Shown piece by piece: positions 49,967 to 60,318 of a DNA stretch of 64,000 nucleotides (position 1 is its first letter; each line of letters starts with the position of its first letter). The stretch covers positions 1,152,001-1,216,000 of the forward strand of contig CAVSHR010000004.1 of the NCBI GenBank assembly GCA_963727625.1. The letters are read 5' to 3'. Source of the stretch: an uncultured delta proteobacterium. Lineage in GTDB: Bacteria > Desulfobacterota > Binatia > UBA9968. A program made the translations under genes and the position numbers. Below the pieces are notes generated by a model. The model was not told the DNA's origin. It did not search any database and saw only the letters and a list, made by a program, of their open reading frames with translations.

Positions 49967-51414
49967 TGGGCCACGGCCCTCTCGTCGCGGCATCTCGCCG
50001 CGATCGCTTGCAACATTTTCGCGAACATCAACTTGTGGACCGGGTAAAGCAGGTACCAATACAATAAACCGGCGACGCCGATCGGATCGAAGATCGCGGT
50101 TTGGCGGATCACCGATCCGCTCCCTCGATCTTCCACTTCGAACTCGAGCCAAGCCCGCCCCGGCAGCTTCATTTCGGCGGCGAGACGAAGTCGTTGACCG
50201 TCCTGGAAAGCCTCAACCCGCCAGAAATCGAGGGTATCACCGACCTGAAGCATTTCCGGATCGCGCCGGCCCCGTCGAACCCCAACACCGCCCATCAAGA
50301 GATCGACAAAGCCCCGCACTTGCCACAACCAATCGCCGTAATACCAGCCGGTCTTCCCACCGATGCGGCGGATCGGCAGAAAGGCGCCTTTCGCAGAAAC
50401 ATTGACTGAGACTTCTCGATAATCAACGATCCGGTTGCCAAACCGCACCCCACCCCAATTGGACTGCTCTCCCCGCGACGATAAAGCATCGGACCACTTG
50501 GTGGCGGCAAATTCACGATCTTCATTGACGATGGCGCGGGCAATCATTTCCCGAACTCCTTTCGGCCGGACCGAAAATAGTTTGAGAGCATTAGGATCGC
50601 GCACCACCGTCGGGTTTCTGATGCTGTCAATTAACTTGCGGCCGACGCGCGCGTAGACCGGCGTTACCAATCCCAGCCAGAGACTCGATAGGCGCGGCGT
50701 CAACACCGGAACCGAGATCAGGAAACGGCGCAAATTGCGCTGCCGGGCATACTCGCGCATGATATGCTCGTAGGAAACCTGATCGGCGCCGCCAATCTCG
50801 AGGATGCGATTGCCTGTGAGAGGAAGATCCAAGGCTTGGACGAGGTATTCAACCAGGTCTTCAATCCCTATGGGTTGCGCCGCAATCGATACCCAAGCCG
50901 GGCAGATCATGACCGGCAGGCGCTCGACCAGCGCCCGAATAATCTCAAACGAAAGACTTCCCGAGCCGATGACGATCGAAGCGCGAAACTCGATGACCTC
51001 GAGGCCAAGCGTACGGAGCGCTTCGCCGACTTCCTGACGACTTCGCAAATGCGGCGACAACGCGCCCTCGCCTAAGCCACCAAGGTAAATGATGCGCCGA
51101 ATATTGGCCGCATGAGCCGCTTTTGCAAAATTGCTTGCGGCTTGACGATCTTTTTCCTCAAACGACCCGGCGGTGCCCATGGAGTGCACCAGATAATAAG
51201 CGGTGTGCACTCCCGCCGATGCGGCGGCGAGCGATGAGGTATCGAAACAGTCGCCAGAAACCACTTGGGTATTTTTGCCAATCCGTCCTCGCAGCGCTTC
51301 CGGTCGCCGTGCCATGCAGCGCAACCGATAGCCGCCCGCCTCCAAGGCTTGCAGCAACCTTCCGCCGACATATCCGGTGCCGCCGGTTAACAAGATGAGA
51401 TTCTGACGATCCAT
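49963..51414 (-). CDS. YbjT-like atypical SDR with C-terminal DUF2867 domain
   Basis: TGGTGYVGGRL, YYLVHSM, HLRSRQEV, IGSGSLSFE, IGGKTGWYY, DFWRVE, AEMKLPGRAWLEF. Confidence 0.92.
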   Translation of the reverse strand: MDRQNLILLTGGTGYVGGRLLQALEAGGYRLRCMARRPEALRGRIGKNTQVVSGDCFDTSSLAAASAGVHTAYYLVHSMGTAGSFEEKDRQAASNFAKAAHAANIRRIIYLGGLGEGALSPHLRSRQEVGEALRTLGLEVIEFRASIVIGSGSLSFEIIRALVERLPVMICPAWVSIAAQPIGIEDLVEYLVQALDLPLTGNRILEIGGADQVSYEHIMREYARQRNLRRFLISVPVLTPRLSSLWLGLVTPVYARVGRKLIDSIRNPTVVRDPNALKLFSVRPKGVREMIARAIVNEDREFAATKWSDALSSRGEQSNWGGVRFGNRIVDYREVSVNVSAKGAFLPIRRIGGKTGWYYGDWLWQVRGFVDLLMGGVGVRRGRRDPEMLQVGDTLDFWRVEAFQDGQRLRLAAEMKLPGRAWLEFEVEDRGSGSVIRQTAIFDPIGVAGLLYWYLLYPVHKLMFAKMLQAIAARCRDERAVAQ

Positions 51415-51591
51415 GGGTACGCTAATCGCTCGGTTCCGACTCTCTTTGAAAGAGGCTTCGCGCCGCTCCGCCAGGTCATTTATATAGCCAAAACGAGGCT
51501 AAACCTAATCTCGTGCAGATCTGCGCGCTTGCCTCGCCGAGAGTTTCCTGAAAGAAAATCTAAAACTGGTAAGATTGGGAGTCATCGCATC

Positions 51592-52419
51592 ATGCCCCAA
51601 GCTATTCTGCCAAAGCCTTTCGAAGGCGACGAACACCGATCTTTTCTTTGGCAAGGGAGCGATGGCGCGGCGCTGCTGGTTCACGGCTTTCCCGGGACTC
51701 CGGCAGAGATGCGGCCGCTCGGAACCGTTCTCAAGGACGCCGGCTGGACCGTGCATGGCTTGATGCTCCCCGGACTGGGCGCGGACATTGGGAGCTTGGA
51801 CCAATGCACCGCGCGGGATTGGTCGGACGCGGTAAAACAAGCCGTGCAACTGTTGAAGCCGCGCCATTCGCCGATTCTGTTGGTCGGCTATTCCATGGGA
51901 GCTGCCTTGGCCTTAAACGCGGCCCTCGAACAGCGGCCCAGCGGACTGGTTCTGCTCGCGCCCTTTTGGAGTTTCGGCGAGGGCTGGCCGAGTCGGTTGT
52001 GGCCGGTGGTCAAGCTGCTCATGCGCCGGGTGAAACCATTGAAACGCGCCGATTTCACCGCGCCGGAGGTTCGCCACGGGATCGAGCGTATGTTTAAGAA
52101 CATCGATCTGGAAAATCCGCAAATCCGCCACGCCCTGCGCCAACTCACGGTCTCGTTACGCCCGATCGAGCAGATCCGCCAGCTGGGACAGAGGGCATTT
52201 GCCCAGGCATCGAAGATCGATGTTCCGACCTTGGTCATGCAGGGCAACCGGGACAAGGTCGTTCCGCCGATCCGCACCAAGCGTCTGATAAACGCTTTTG
52301 TCAACCGGGTCGAATACCATGAACTGGAGGGGGGCCATGACCTGGTTGACCCTGAGAGCGGGGCTTGGAATCCGGTCAAGGAATCCTTACTGCGGTTTGC
52401 TGCATCGCTGCGAACGTAG
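51592..52419 (+). CDS. Alpha/beta-hydrolase (carboxylesterase/lipase-like)
   Basis: LLVHGFPG, nucleophile elbow GYSMG, QGNRDKVVP, GGH. Confidence 0.9.
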   Translation: MPQAILPKPFEGDEHRSFLWQGSDGAALLVHGFPGTPAEMRPLGTVLKDAGWTVHGLMLPGLGADIGSLDQCTARDWSDAVKQAVQLLKPRHSPILLVGYSMGAALALNAALEQRPSGLVLLAPFWSFGEGWPSRLWPVVKLLMRRVKPLKRADFTAPEVRHGIERMFKNIDLENPQIRHALRQLTVSLRPIEQIRQLGQRAFAQASKIDVPTLVMQGNRDKVVPPIRTKRLINAFVNRVEYHELEGGHDLVDPESGAWNPVKESLLRFAASLRT

Positions 52420-52517
52420 GCCGTCGGAAAGCCGCGCTCATTCCGCTGCAATAGTGTAACCGGCAGAAACCTGTTAAAGAAAACAAGCTAGAGACGAATT
52501 CCTCTTGGTCGACTCTT

Positions 52518-53321
52518 ATGCAAAATCGCGCTGCTGGCCTCGTCGAAGTCTATCACTCTCAGCCGGTCAATATTCGCTCGCTCTTGCTCGCGGCGCTGGC
52601 GCTCTATTGCGGCTTGTATGCGAGGGTCACCGCTGCCCAGGAAGAAGCGCCGCTCTCGCCCGGCGCTTATAAATTGGAAATGATCATGGCCTCGACCACG
52701 CGGGTGCCTTTTTTTGGCAGCTCGAAATCCGCCTCCAAGTCCGTATCCCTGGTGGAGATCCACCGCGACGGCAACAGTCTTAGTCAAAGCCACAAGGTCT
52801 GCGACTTTCGCGTCCTTGAAGATTCCAAGCTGATCAAGATGATTTTTCCGGAGAAATTTGTCGCCGCTCTAGCCAATCACAGCTATCCCATTCAACTTGA
52901 AAAAGGCGCCCAAGGATGGCATTACCGCGCCGATCTCGGCATCGAACGCATCGGTTATCGAAATAGCGGCGCGGAAGACAAGCTGCCAGCCAAAGTCGAC
53001 GATCCGGCGGTTTTCGATTGGGACGGCGACGGCCATCCCGGCGCCACGCTGAAAATCTCCGTGCCCTTGTTGCCGGATGGCGAACTCTATGTCGTCCAGC
53101 GAGGCCAATCGATCCTCACCGGCCGACTGGTTCAGCCGGGCAGGATCGAAGGTCATATCGACGTACGCACCTTCGACCAGCGGGTTATCGACGCCTGGCC
53201 CAGTTTCCTCGCCACATCGCCGGAAATTGTGCCGGATCCAAAGGAAAGCCGCTTTATCCTGACCGCGATTCCCGCCGGCACGAGCTGCGCCACGCTGCGC
53301 GCCGCGGCGCAAAAACCGTGA
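52518..53321 (+). CDS. Hypothetical exported protein with a DxDxDG motif
   Basis: Signal-like LLLAALALYC...AAQ; DWDGDGHPG; beta-rich appearance; true start uncertain. Confidence 0.7.
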   Translation: MQNRAAGLVEVYHSQPVNIRSLLLAALALYCGLYARVTAAQEEAPLSPGAYKLEMIMASTTRVPFFGSSKSASKSVSLVEIHRDGNSLSQSHKVCDFRVLEDSKLIKMIFPEKFVAALANHSYPIQLEKGAQGWHYRADLGIERIGYRNSGAEDKLPAKVDDPAVFDWDGDGHPGATLKISVPLLPDGELYVVQRGQSILTGRLVQPGRIEGHIDVRTFDQRVIDAWPSFLATSPEIVPDPKESRFILTAIPAGTSCATLRAAAQKP

Positions 53322-53355
53322 TTCAACTGGTCGGCGTCCGACTGAGGTTAAAAAA

Positions 53356-54471
53356 TTGTTCGGCGCGAAAAGACACAGAAGATTAAGGCTCATTCAAGCC
53401 GGCGCGTCGCCGAGCGCGGACCGCATCAGCATTATCTTGCCGGTGCTAAACGAAGCGCCGCGCATCGACGCCTGTCTCGACGCGCTGATTGCGCAGAGTG
53501 AAGAAGTCGACGAGATTCTGGTCGTCGACGGCGGTTCGACGGACGGCACTCGGTCGATCGTCGCGCGCTACCGGGACAGAGACGGCCGGGTGCGTTTACT
53601 CGACGCCAGCCCCATCGACGTGCATTGGACCGGCAAGGTTTGGGGGCTCAATTTCGGCCTGCAGCGCTCCGCGCCGAGCTGCCAATGGATTCTCTGCATC
53701 GATGCGGACGTGCGCGTTGCGCCGCTGCTCTCGCGCTCGCTCCTGGCCCATGCCAATCGAATGGGCGTATCGACGTTCTCCATCGCAGCCCAACAAAAGC
53801 TCTCGGGCAAGCTCGAAGCTTTAATCCACCCGCCGATGCTGACCACGCTGATTTACCGCTTCGGCTCGCCCGGTAACGCTACGCGCAGCGTTCACAAGGT
53901 CAAGGCCAACGGCCAGTGCTTTTTCAGCCGGCGCGATATTTTGTTGCGCACCGAGGCTTTCAATGCCGCGCGCGCCTCGCTCTGTGAAGATATCACCATC
54001 GTGCGTCGTCTCGCCGAATGCGGCGAGTGGGTCGGCTTTTACGAGGCCGAGCCGGGTTTGATCGATGTGCGCATGTACGGTAGCTGTCGCGAGACCTGGG
54101 CCAACTGGCCGCGCTCCCTGCCCATGCGCGATCAATATTTCGGCTGGCGCGAAGCCATGGGGTTCCCGGGCATCCTGCTGGTTCAGGCGTTGCCGCTGCC
54201 GGCATTCCTGCTCGGCATTGGGTTCGGCGCGCCGCTGTGGTTTCTCCTGCTCGTCGGACTCTTGTTGGCCATTCGCATCGGCGTTTTGATCGGTGTCGCC
54301 CGCGCCTACCCGGCGCGGCCGTGGACGTTTTGGCTATCGCCGCTTTGCGATCTGCCCGTGGTTTTGCGGATCATCCAGTTCGCCCTTCGCCGCCGCCATA
54401 GCTGGCGCGGCCGCACCTATGTGCGCCAACCCGGTGGCCGGTTTGAGCCGGCGAGCAATCCCGACTCTTAG
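53356..54471 (+). CDS. GT2 glycosyltransferase, CruG/CruC-like carotenoid glycosyltransferase
   Basis: ISIILPVLNE, VVDGGSTDGT, WTGK, IDADV, ANGQCF, CEDI, VRMY, TWANWPRSL, SWRGR; start uncertain. Confidence 0.82.
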   Translation: MFGAKRHRRLRLIQAGASPSADRISIILPVLNEAPRIDACLDALIAQSEEVDEILVVDGGSTDGTRSIVARYRDRDGRVRLLDASPIDVHWTGKVWGLNFGLQRSAPSCQWILCIDADVRVAPLLSRSLLAHANRMGVSTFSIAAQQKLSGKLEALIHPPMLTTLIYRFGSPGNATRSVHKVKANGQCFFSRRDILLRTEAFNAARASLCEDITIVRRLAECGEWVGFYEAEPGLIDVRMYGSCRETWANWPRSLPMRDQYFGWREAMGFPGILLVQALPLPAFLLGIGFGAPLWFLLLVGLLLAIRIGVLIGVARAYPARPWTFWLSPLCDLPVVLRIIQFALRRRHSWRGRTYVRQPGGRFEPASNPDS

Positions 54472-54495
54472 GCGAATTTTCTTGGGAGCGTTTCG

Positions 54496-55230
54496 GTGGC
54501 CTCGCTCACGGAATTGATCATCGATAAAGCCATGCGCGCCATCGCCGCCGCGCTCGCCGCCGGCCGTCTGAAAACGGCCGCGAACGGCGTGGAAAATATC
54601 CCGGCGCGCGGCCCGGCGCTGATCGTCGCGCGCCATTACCATCATCTGTTTGACGGACTCGCTCTGTTCGCCGCCATGCCGCGGCCGTTCCACATCGTGG
54701 TCACGGTGGACTGGGCAAAAAACCGCCGTACGAAATTTTTCATGGAAGCGATGACCCGCGCCGCGCGCTGGCCGGTGCTGCTGCGCGCCGACGCGCTGGC
54801 GCGCGGCGGTCATAACCCCGGTCGACTCTTTTCCCCGAACGACGTCACGCACTACCAACGCAAAGCGCTGCGCCAAGCCGTCGAGTTGCTCGTCCAGGGA
54901 AGGATCGTCGTGGTTTTTCCGGAGGGCTACCCCAACATCGACCCGACCTACACGCCCAAGACCGAGCCCGAAGCGTTCCTGCCTTTCAAACCGGGCTTCG
55001 TCCACATTCTAAGCGCGGCGGAGAAACGCGTGAAACAAAAAATTCCGATTATCCCCGCGGGCCTATGCTACACGCCCGGCAAGCCGTGGGTTGGACAGTT
55101 GAAGTTCGGCAAGATCAACTATCGTGCAGATTTTGCCGATTCGAAGGAAATGATCTTTTTTTTAGAGGGCAAGGTAAAATCACTTTCCAGATCCATAGAA
55201 TCCCGTGGACTTGAGCAGAGCGGTGAATAG
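54496..55230 (+). CDS. PlsC-family acyltransferase (CruD-like by context)
   Basis: GVENIPARGPALIVARHYHHLFDG (Hx4D), VVFPEG, IPIIPAG. Confidence 0.82.
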   Translation: MASLTELIIDKAMRAIAAALAAGRLKTAANGVENIPARGPALIVARHYHHLFDGLALFAAMPRPFHIVVTVDWAKNRRTKFFMEAMTRAARWPVLLRADALARGGHNPGRLFSPNDVTHYQRKALRQAVELLVQGRIVVVFPEGYPNIDPTYTPKTEPEAFLPFKPGFVHILSAAEKRVKQKIPIIPAGLCYTPGKPWVGQLKFGKINYRADFADSKEMIFFLEGKVKSLSRSIESRGLEQSGE

Positions 55231-55345
55231 CGTGTCTCTGCGATCGGAGCCCGCTCACAGCGGCCCTCAGCGCCTCACGCTCATTCCAAGATGGACAAAA
55301 TTGTTGTCGCAGACCCCGACCACGATGACAGCCACACCGCCGGCG

Positions 55346-55729
55346 CTACTTTTTGACTTTTCTTAAGGATTTAAGATCAGCGAAAGCTTTATAGGTCGAA
55401 GGTGCGTCCGCCTCGTCCCCCGCTGTCGGTTCGCCGTAGGCGGCCTGGTCCAGCGAGCGCGAGTGCTCGCTGTCGTGACAATAGAGACATAGCAGTTCCC
55501 AGTTGCTGCCGTCGGGCGGATTATTGTTATGATTGCGGTCTTTGTGATGGACCGTCAGCTCACGCAGTTTCTTCCCGGAAAACTCCCGACCGCACCACGC
55601 GCAAATCCACGGCAAGATCTTCAGCGCTTGATCCCGATAAACATTGCCGCGCCGCTCACGATCATGCCGCGCTTCGGCCAAGATCTGATCCAGCGCGTCA
55701 ATTCCACGACGATTTGTCTTCTCTGGCAT
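55346..55729 (-). CDS. yajD: YajD-family HNH nuclease
   Basis: YRDQALKILPWICAWCGREF..LRELTVHHKDRNHNNNPPDGSNWELLCLYCHD. Confidence 0.92.
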   Translation of the reverse strand: MPEKTNRRGIDALDQILAEARHDRERRGNVYRDQALKILPWICAWCGREFSGKKLRELTVHHKDRNHNNNPPDGSNWELLCLYCHDSEHSRSLDQAAYGEPTAGDEADAPSTYKAFADLKSLRKVKK

Positions 55730-55951
55730 ACGAGATCTCGATTGACTGAGAGCGCAACGATCCCCCTGGCAGTACGCCAATTTCACCGTGAATTCTATAA
55801 TCCAACCCATCAATCCGCAAAGTCAGAAAGGCAAAAGACGACCTTTTTTTCCGGTTTGCGGCCGGCCGCGCCGACCCGCAGTGGTTGTGTCAATGCAGAA
55901 GCAGCCTGCTTCCTTCTTCCAGTCCGGCAAAACCGTTCGGAACGATTCGTC

Positions 55952-56443
55952 TCACGGCGGCCCGGCCGACTGCGAATCGCTGCGGGCCATCATGTCACGA
56001 AGTTTAGCGCGATGCCTTTTGCCGTCGTCGTCAATGCGTTCGAGAAGCTCCGTGATCTCCGAAAACTCACCACTGAGCGCCGGCAAATCGTCTTTCAACT
56101 CCCCCGAGCAGTGGCGCTCCTCCTCAAGATCGGTTCGCAGGTAAAGCCAGCTGTTCTGTTCCCTGGCGACGTGGATCGGAATGACGTCAGGAAGCTTTTT
56201 CCCCAGACCTTTTATTTTCGCGCCAAGCGATTCAGCGTGTTCCTCCTCTTCCGCAGCGATGCTGAGAAGCGCCTCGCGAAACTGCGGGTAATGGATTCGT
56301 TCGGCATCCTGGCGATAGCGCGTGGCCTGCTGTTTATCCCTGACATAGCGATGGCGCAAGACGTCCAGAACGGCCGCGCGCGCTCCTTCGCTGGAGCCTA
56401 ACAACGTTCCCCGCCCATCCGACCAGTTCATTCGTAGCGCCAT
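55952..56443 (-). CDS. Ferritin-like (rubrerythrin/bacterioferritin-fold) protein
   Basis: IAAEEEEHAESL (ExxH), DLEEE, DDDGKRH; RBS AAGGAGGT. Confidence 0.75.
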   Translation of the reverse strand: MALRMNWSDGRGTLLGSSEGARAAVLDVLRHRYVRDKQQATRYRQDAERIHYPQFREALLSIAAEEEEHAESLGAKIKGLGKKLPDVIPIHVAREQNSWLYLRTDLEEERHCSGELKDDLPALSGEFSEITELLERIDDDGKRHRAKLRDMMARSDSQSAGPP

Positions 56444-56485
56444 TGTGACCTCCTTTCACAAGGATCAATCTCTACAATCATGATG

Positions 56486-56501
56486 AGCAAAGCTCGGACC
56501 A
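56486..56501 (-). promoter_or_regulatory. Candidate sigma-54 (-24/-12) promoter for the ferritin-like gene
   Basis: Minus strand reads TGGTCCGAGCTTTGCT = GG-N10-GC, ~45 bp upstream of the ATG. Confidence 0.5.
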
Positions 56502-57167
56502 GTCAAGAACCACCCTGGATTGAGCCATAGGGGGCCAAAAAGTGGATAAATGCCCAGGGCATTGTCATTCTGAAGAATCGGCCTACGGAACGATCGCAGC
56601 AATGACAACTCGGCCTCGCCGCTCCTCGTCCTTAACTCCTCCGCGGTGAATTCACCGATGTTTTAATTAAACATTTCGACGTTTAGCGAATTCCCGAAAA
56701 CGTGAAAGTCCCCGATTCGATCGAGCCCTGATCGTCTTCAACGTCTGGAACGGAGCCGTGGAACGGGGGAACCACATGAACAGGCTTCGGTATTATGTCG
56801 AATGTTGAACTCTTGCGCGAGCGTTAATCTTAACCGTTATCAACGGAGCACCCTGAATTCTTCCGAGTGGCGAGCACGTTGACCTAACCGCTGTTTAGTC
56901 GGATACGAAAGTGTTAGTCGGTGAATTGTTCATTTGACCACGCCAGACTCCGCACCCACCCAAACTATCAATCCCAAGCGGGTCTCAGCGATGCGAGCAA
57001 TCCGCGCTTTATTCTAAGATATCTATCAGGTTTCCTTCCGGGTCCGGCAGCTGATGTTTGCCGTACCGGCAAGTCTGGAGCAATCCGAGCACGACGTCGT
57101 ACTCCTATTGTAAATTCGGCGATTTCGGCGCCAGGCATTCGGGGTCGGCCCGGAAAACAGCACGGTT

Positions 57168-57722
57168 TTGCATCGCAAGAACCCTGTTCTCTTGGGCGCA
57201 CCACCGGGGAAACCGCCGCACGATTACTCCTACATGAAGGCGGTCATGAAATCCGCGATGATTCACGATGCTCTGGTCAAATCCGGTATACGCGACGTGC
57301 GCGGGGTGTGGGCGCCGGAATGCGGCGGGGGCCGTTCCTTGATCGTGGTTTCTATCAAGCAAGGTTTTTGCGGTCATTCGCGACAAGTCGCCGGGATCGC
57401 CGCTCTTTGTCCGGAAGCCTCCGATATGAATCGCTATGTGGCCGTCGTCGACGAAGACATCGAATATATGAACCTCGAAGAGGTCGTGTGGGCGTTATGC
57501 ACGCGAGTGGACCCGGCGACAGACATCGAGATCCTAAGGAAGACGCAGGGAAACAAGGTCGATCCTATGCGAAGAGAACCCGGCCCGACGTATAACTCGT
57601 GCGACTTCATCGATGCCTGCAAGCCGTTCGATTGGATCGACGATTTCCCCGAGGTCACCGAATCGAGCCCGGAATTCATGGCCGGAATCGCAAACAAATG
57701 GCGACATCTATTTCCGAATTAA
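57168..57722 (+). pseudogene. C-terminal fragment of a UbiD-family decarboxylase
   Basis: HRKNPVLLGAPPGKPP, VVSIKQ, VVDEDI, VVWALCTRVDP, IDACKPF; the N-terminal prFMN-binding portion is absent. Confidence 0.8.
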
Positions 57723-57852
57723 TCCAACTGCAGTTACGCTATGTTACAAGCCCCGAGAACTTCACGGAGTAAAACGGTTGAACGATTGAAACGGTTCCAT
57801 TCCGACTGTTGTCTGGTACCTGTTGCCTCGCACCTTACCTCTCCTCTTATCC

Positions 57853-58752
57853 TCATTCCCCCCGTACAACCAAAACTGGATCGTCGGCGTGACGCACGAC
57901 TTTTTCGGTTACGCTACCGAGCATCCAGCGCCGTACGCCAGAGCGACCATGGGTGGACATGGCGATCACCGCGCGCGGCGCCGTCTGTGCGTAGCTGATA
58001 ATTTCGTCGGCGGCAGGGCCTTCTATCGTGCGAGTCGACACCGTCCGGACGCCCGTCCCAACCAGAGAGTCCGCTTGTTCTTTGAGATAGCCGCCCGCTT
58101 CTTTACGCGCTTCCTCCCGAAACGCGTCGTAGTCGGGCATATAATCTTCACTGCCATAGTATGCTGAAGCGGAAAAGTCGAAAGCGCGAACCAACGTCAC
58201 CTCAACGTCAAGCGCTTGCGCCCAATTTGACACGGTCGGGAGTATCTTCTCCGCAAGCGATGAACCGTCCAAGGGGACAACGATCGAATCGATGATCCGC
58301 TGAGGAGACGCCTTCGCCGCCGCCGCCCGCACCAGGAACAAGGGATTGGTTGTGCCGCGCAGCACCTTCTCCGCCACACTACCCAACAACCACCGCTTCG
58401 CGCCGGAGCGACCGTGAGTCGCCATGGCAATCAGCGTATCGCGGTCCTTGCTGGTTGTTTCAAGAATGGCCTCCGCCGGTTGGCCTCGCACAACCCGGCA
58501 CTCAATGGGAAAACGAGAAAAGCTTTTGGCGACATTCTCCAGGTAGCTTGCGCTATTTTTTTCCTCAGCAGCGATAATTGAGTCCAAATGGTGAACTTTA
58601 TCCGCTGACAAATGGGTCGTCATCGCGCCAATATCGATTGCCGACACCAGCTCAACCGAGGTCTTGAATCCGGCGGCAAAGGCCTCGGCGTAGGGCAGCA
58701 CCGCTTCCGCCGTTGCAGAACCGTCCAACGGAACCAAAATTCTTTTATACAT
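57853..58752 (-). CDS. Universal stress protein (two tandem Usp domains)
   Basis: ILVPLDGS x2, MATHGRSG / MSTHGRSG, LGSVAEKV / LGSVTEKV. Confidence 0.96.
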   Translation of the reverse strand: MYKRILVPLDGSATAEAVLPYAEAFAAGFKTSVELVSAIDIGAMTTHLSADKVHHLDSIIAAEEKNSASYLENVAKSFSRFPIECRVVRGQPAEAILETTSKDRDTLIAMATHGRSGAKRWLLGSVAEKVLRGTTNPLFLVRAAAAKASPQRIIDSIVVPLDGSSLAEKILPTVSNWAQALDVEVTLVRAFDFSASAYYGSEDYMPDYDAFREEARKEAGGYLKEQADSLVGTGVRTVSTRTIEGPAADEIISYAQTAPRAVIAMSTHGRSGVRRWMLGSVTEKVVRHADDPVLVVRGE

Positions 58753-59127
58753 CCTCGCCTCCTTAGGAACGCAGGGACTGGTTTTTCGCCATGGCTACGC
58801 CATACCACAAGAATCTTATCAGCTTATTTTGCAAATATCGCGAGCTTTTTGCGCCCAGCGCTTGCCGATTGCGGCCAAGCGATACCGGAACGAGTGCAAA
58901 GGGCTTCGGTTTGCGTGAGAGCGTGTGCTTCAACTCAAAAATTGCAGCTAAGCCTCTGGGCTACTCCTGTTCTGCAATCTTTTATTTATCGCTGAATCAA
59001 TATCTTCCGCAGCTCCGACCTGGACTTCGCAACGCTAAACGCTTTGAACGTAGCGAAGCGGTCGAACTGCTGGAAGAATTAGAACCATCCGATTGTTCCT
59101 GTTGCCTACCGCCTTGCCTATTCCAAC

Positions 59128-60318
59128 TCAATTTTTGTATTCGATGACGTCGAGGCCGCGCTCCTTGTCGGTCACCCACAGAAGACCGCGGTGGTCCTTG
59201 AAGATGTCGTTGGTCAGCGGCGCCGCCACCCCGTCCCCCGGTTTCGGAATGAAGTAGCCCTGCTCCTTGGGGTTCGCCGGATCGTTGATGTCGATGATGC
59301 GCAGCCCACCGGCGAACCAGGTGACGTAAAGCAGATTATCCTCATCCACCTTCTCGCGCAGCTGATGCGTGCCAAAGCGGACCTTGTCGGCGGGATAAGG
59401 TGTTGCGGATTCGAGCAGGTAGTACGAGTGGAGCAACCTCGGCTGCCCAGGATCGCTGACGTCCCAGGTGCGCAACGGCGCGTGCGGCTTGCCGGCGTCG
59501 GCGCCCCGATGCGCGCGCTCCTCCTCCGTCGATACCGCGATCTGCCTGCCGCCGATCGGGTGCGGCACCTTGAGGAAGGTGTGGGTCGGCTCGGGGCAGG
59601 GCGGGTCATACTCGTAGCGCGACAAAGTGCGCGGTGCTTTGATCTGGCTTACGTCGATGATCGAGATCCCCGACATCCAGCAACCGGCATACATCTCGGT
59701 GCCGCAGCGCATCGCATGGTGCAGGCGGTGCTCGGCGCGCTTCGGATGCGGCACGTCGCCGCCCGCCACGTTCTGCCCTTCCATCGACCAGCGCGCGAGC
59801 TCCACCGGCTTGGATGGATTGCGGATATCGTAGATGACCAGGATGTTGCCGACGTAACCCTCCATTTCGGTCGATATATAGGCGAAGTTCTCGTCCATGT
59901 CGAAACGATGCACGCCCTTGCCGTGGGTTTTTACGAAGCTCACGAGCTTGGGGCTGGCCCTGTCTTTGACGTCGTAGATACGAAAACCGCCGTCGGGATA
60001 GTCCTCGAGGCGGGCGCCATGACCGCGCTCGAATTCGGAATTGACGATCATGAGATCGCCGACGCAGCGCGCCTTGTGCGAGTGTGACCAGGGGTGGTTG
60101 GGCGCGAGCTTGCTGAGAACCTTCGGCCTGCGCGGGTCGGATATGTCGAGGATCGTCGTTCCGTGCGGCCGGTGTTGGTGGCCGACGTAGGCAAACTTTC
60201 CGTCGATGACGATCTGTCCTCCGCCCTCGAGCTCCATTCGGCAGAGATGGCGAATGTTCGACGACCCGCGCGGCGCCGTGCCGCTGCCGCTTTCCGCTGC
60301 AAGCAAACCTTCGGTCAT
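59128..60318 (-). CDS. LVIVD repeat (beta-propeller) protein
   Basis: Repeated ILDISDP / IYDVKD / IYDIRNP / IIDVSQ / TWDVSDP / IIDINDP; several His residues; RBS GGGAGG before ATG 60318. Confidence 0.88.
   Translation of the reverse strand: MTEGLLAAESGSGTAPRGSSNIRHLCRMELEGGGQIVIDGKFAYVGHQHRPHGTTILDISDPRRPKVLSKLAPNHPWSHSHKARCVGDLMIVNSEFERGHGARLEDYPDGGFRIYDVKDRASPKLVSFVKTHGKGVHRFDMDENFAYISTEMEGYVGNILVIYDIRNPSKPVELARWSMEGQNVAGGDVPHPKRAEHRLHHAMRCGTEMYAGCWMSGISIIDVSQIKAPRTLSRYEYDPPCPEPTHTFLKVPHPIGGRQIAVSTEEERAHRGADAGKPHAPLRTWDVSDPGQPRLLHSYYLLESATPYPADKVRFGTHQLREKVDEDNLLYVTWFAGGLRIIDINDPANPKEQGYFIPKPGDGVAAPLTNDIFKDHRGLLWVTDKERGLDVIEYKN

Noticed and set aside
55346-55729. HNH nuclease as a defence or homing element
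   Set aside because: Matches the conserved standalone YajD family; no partner genes
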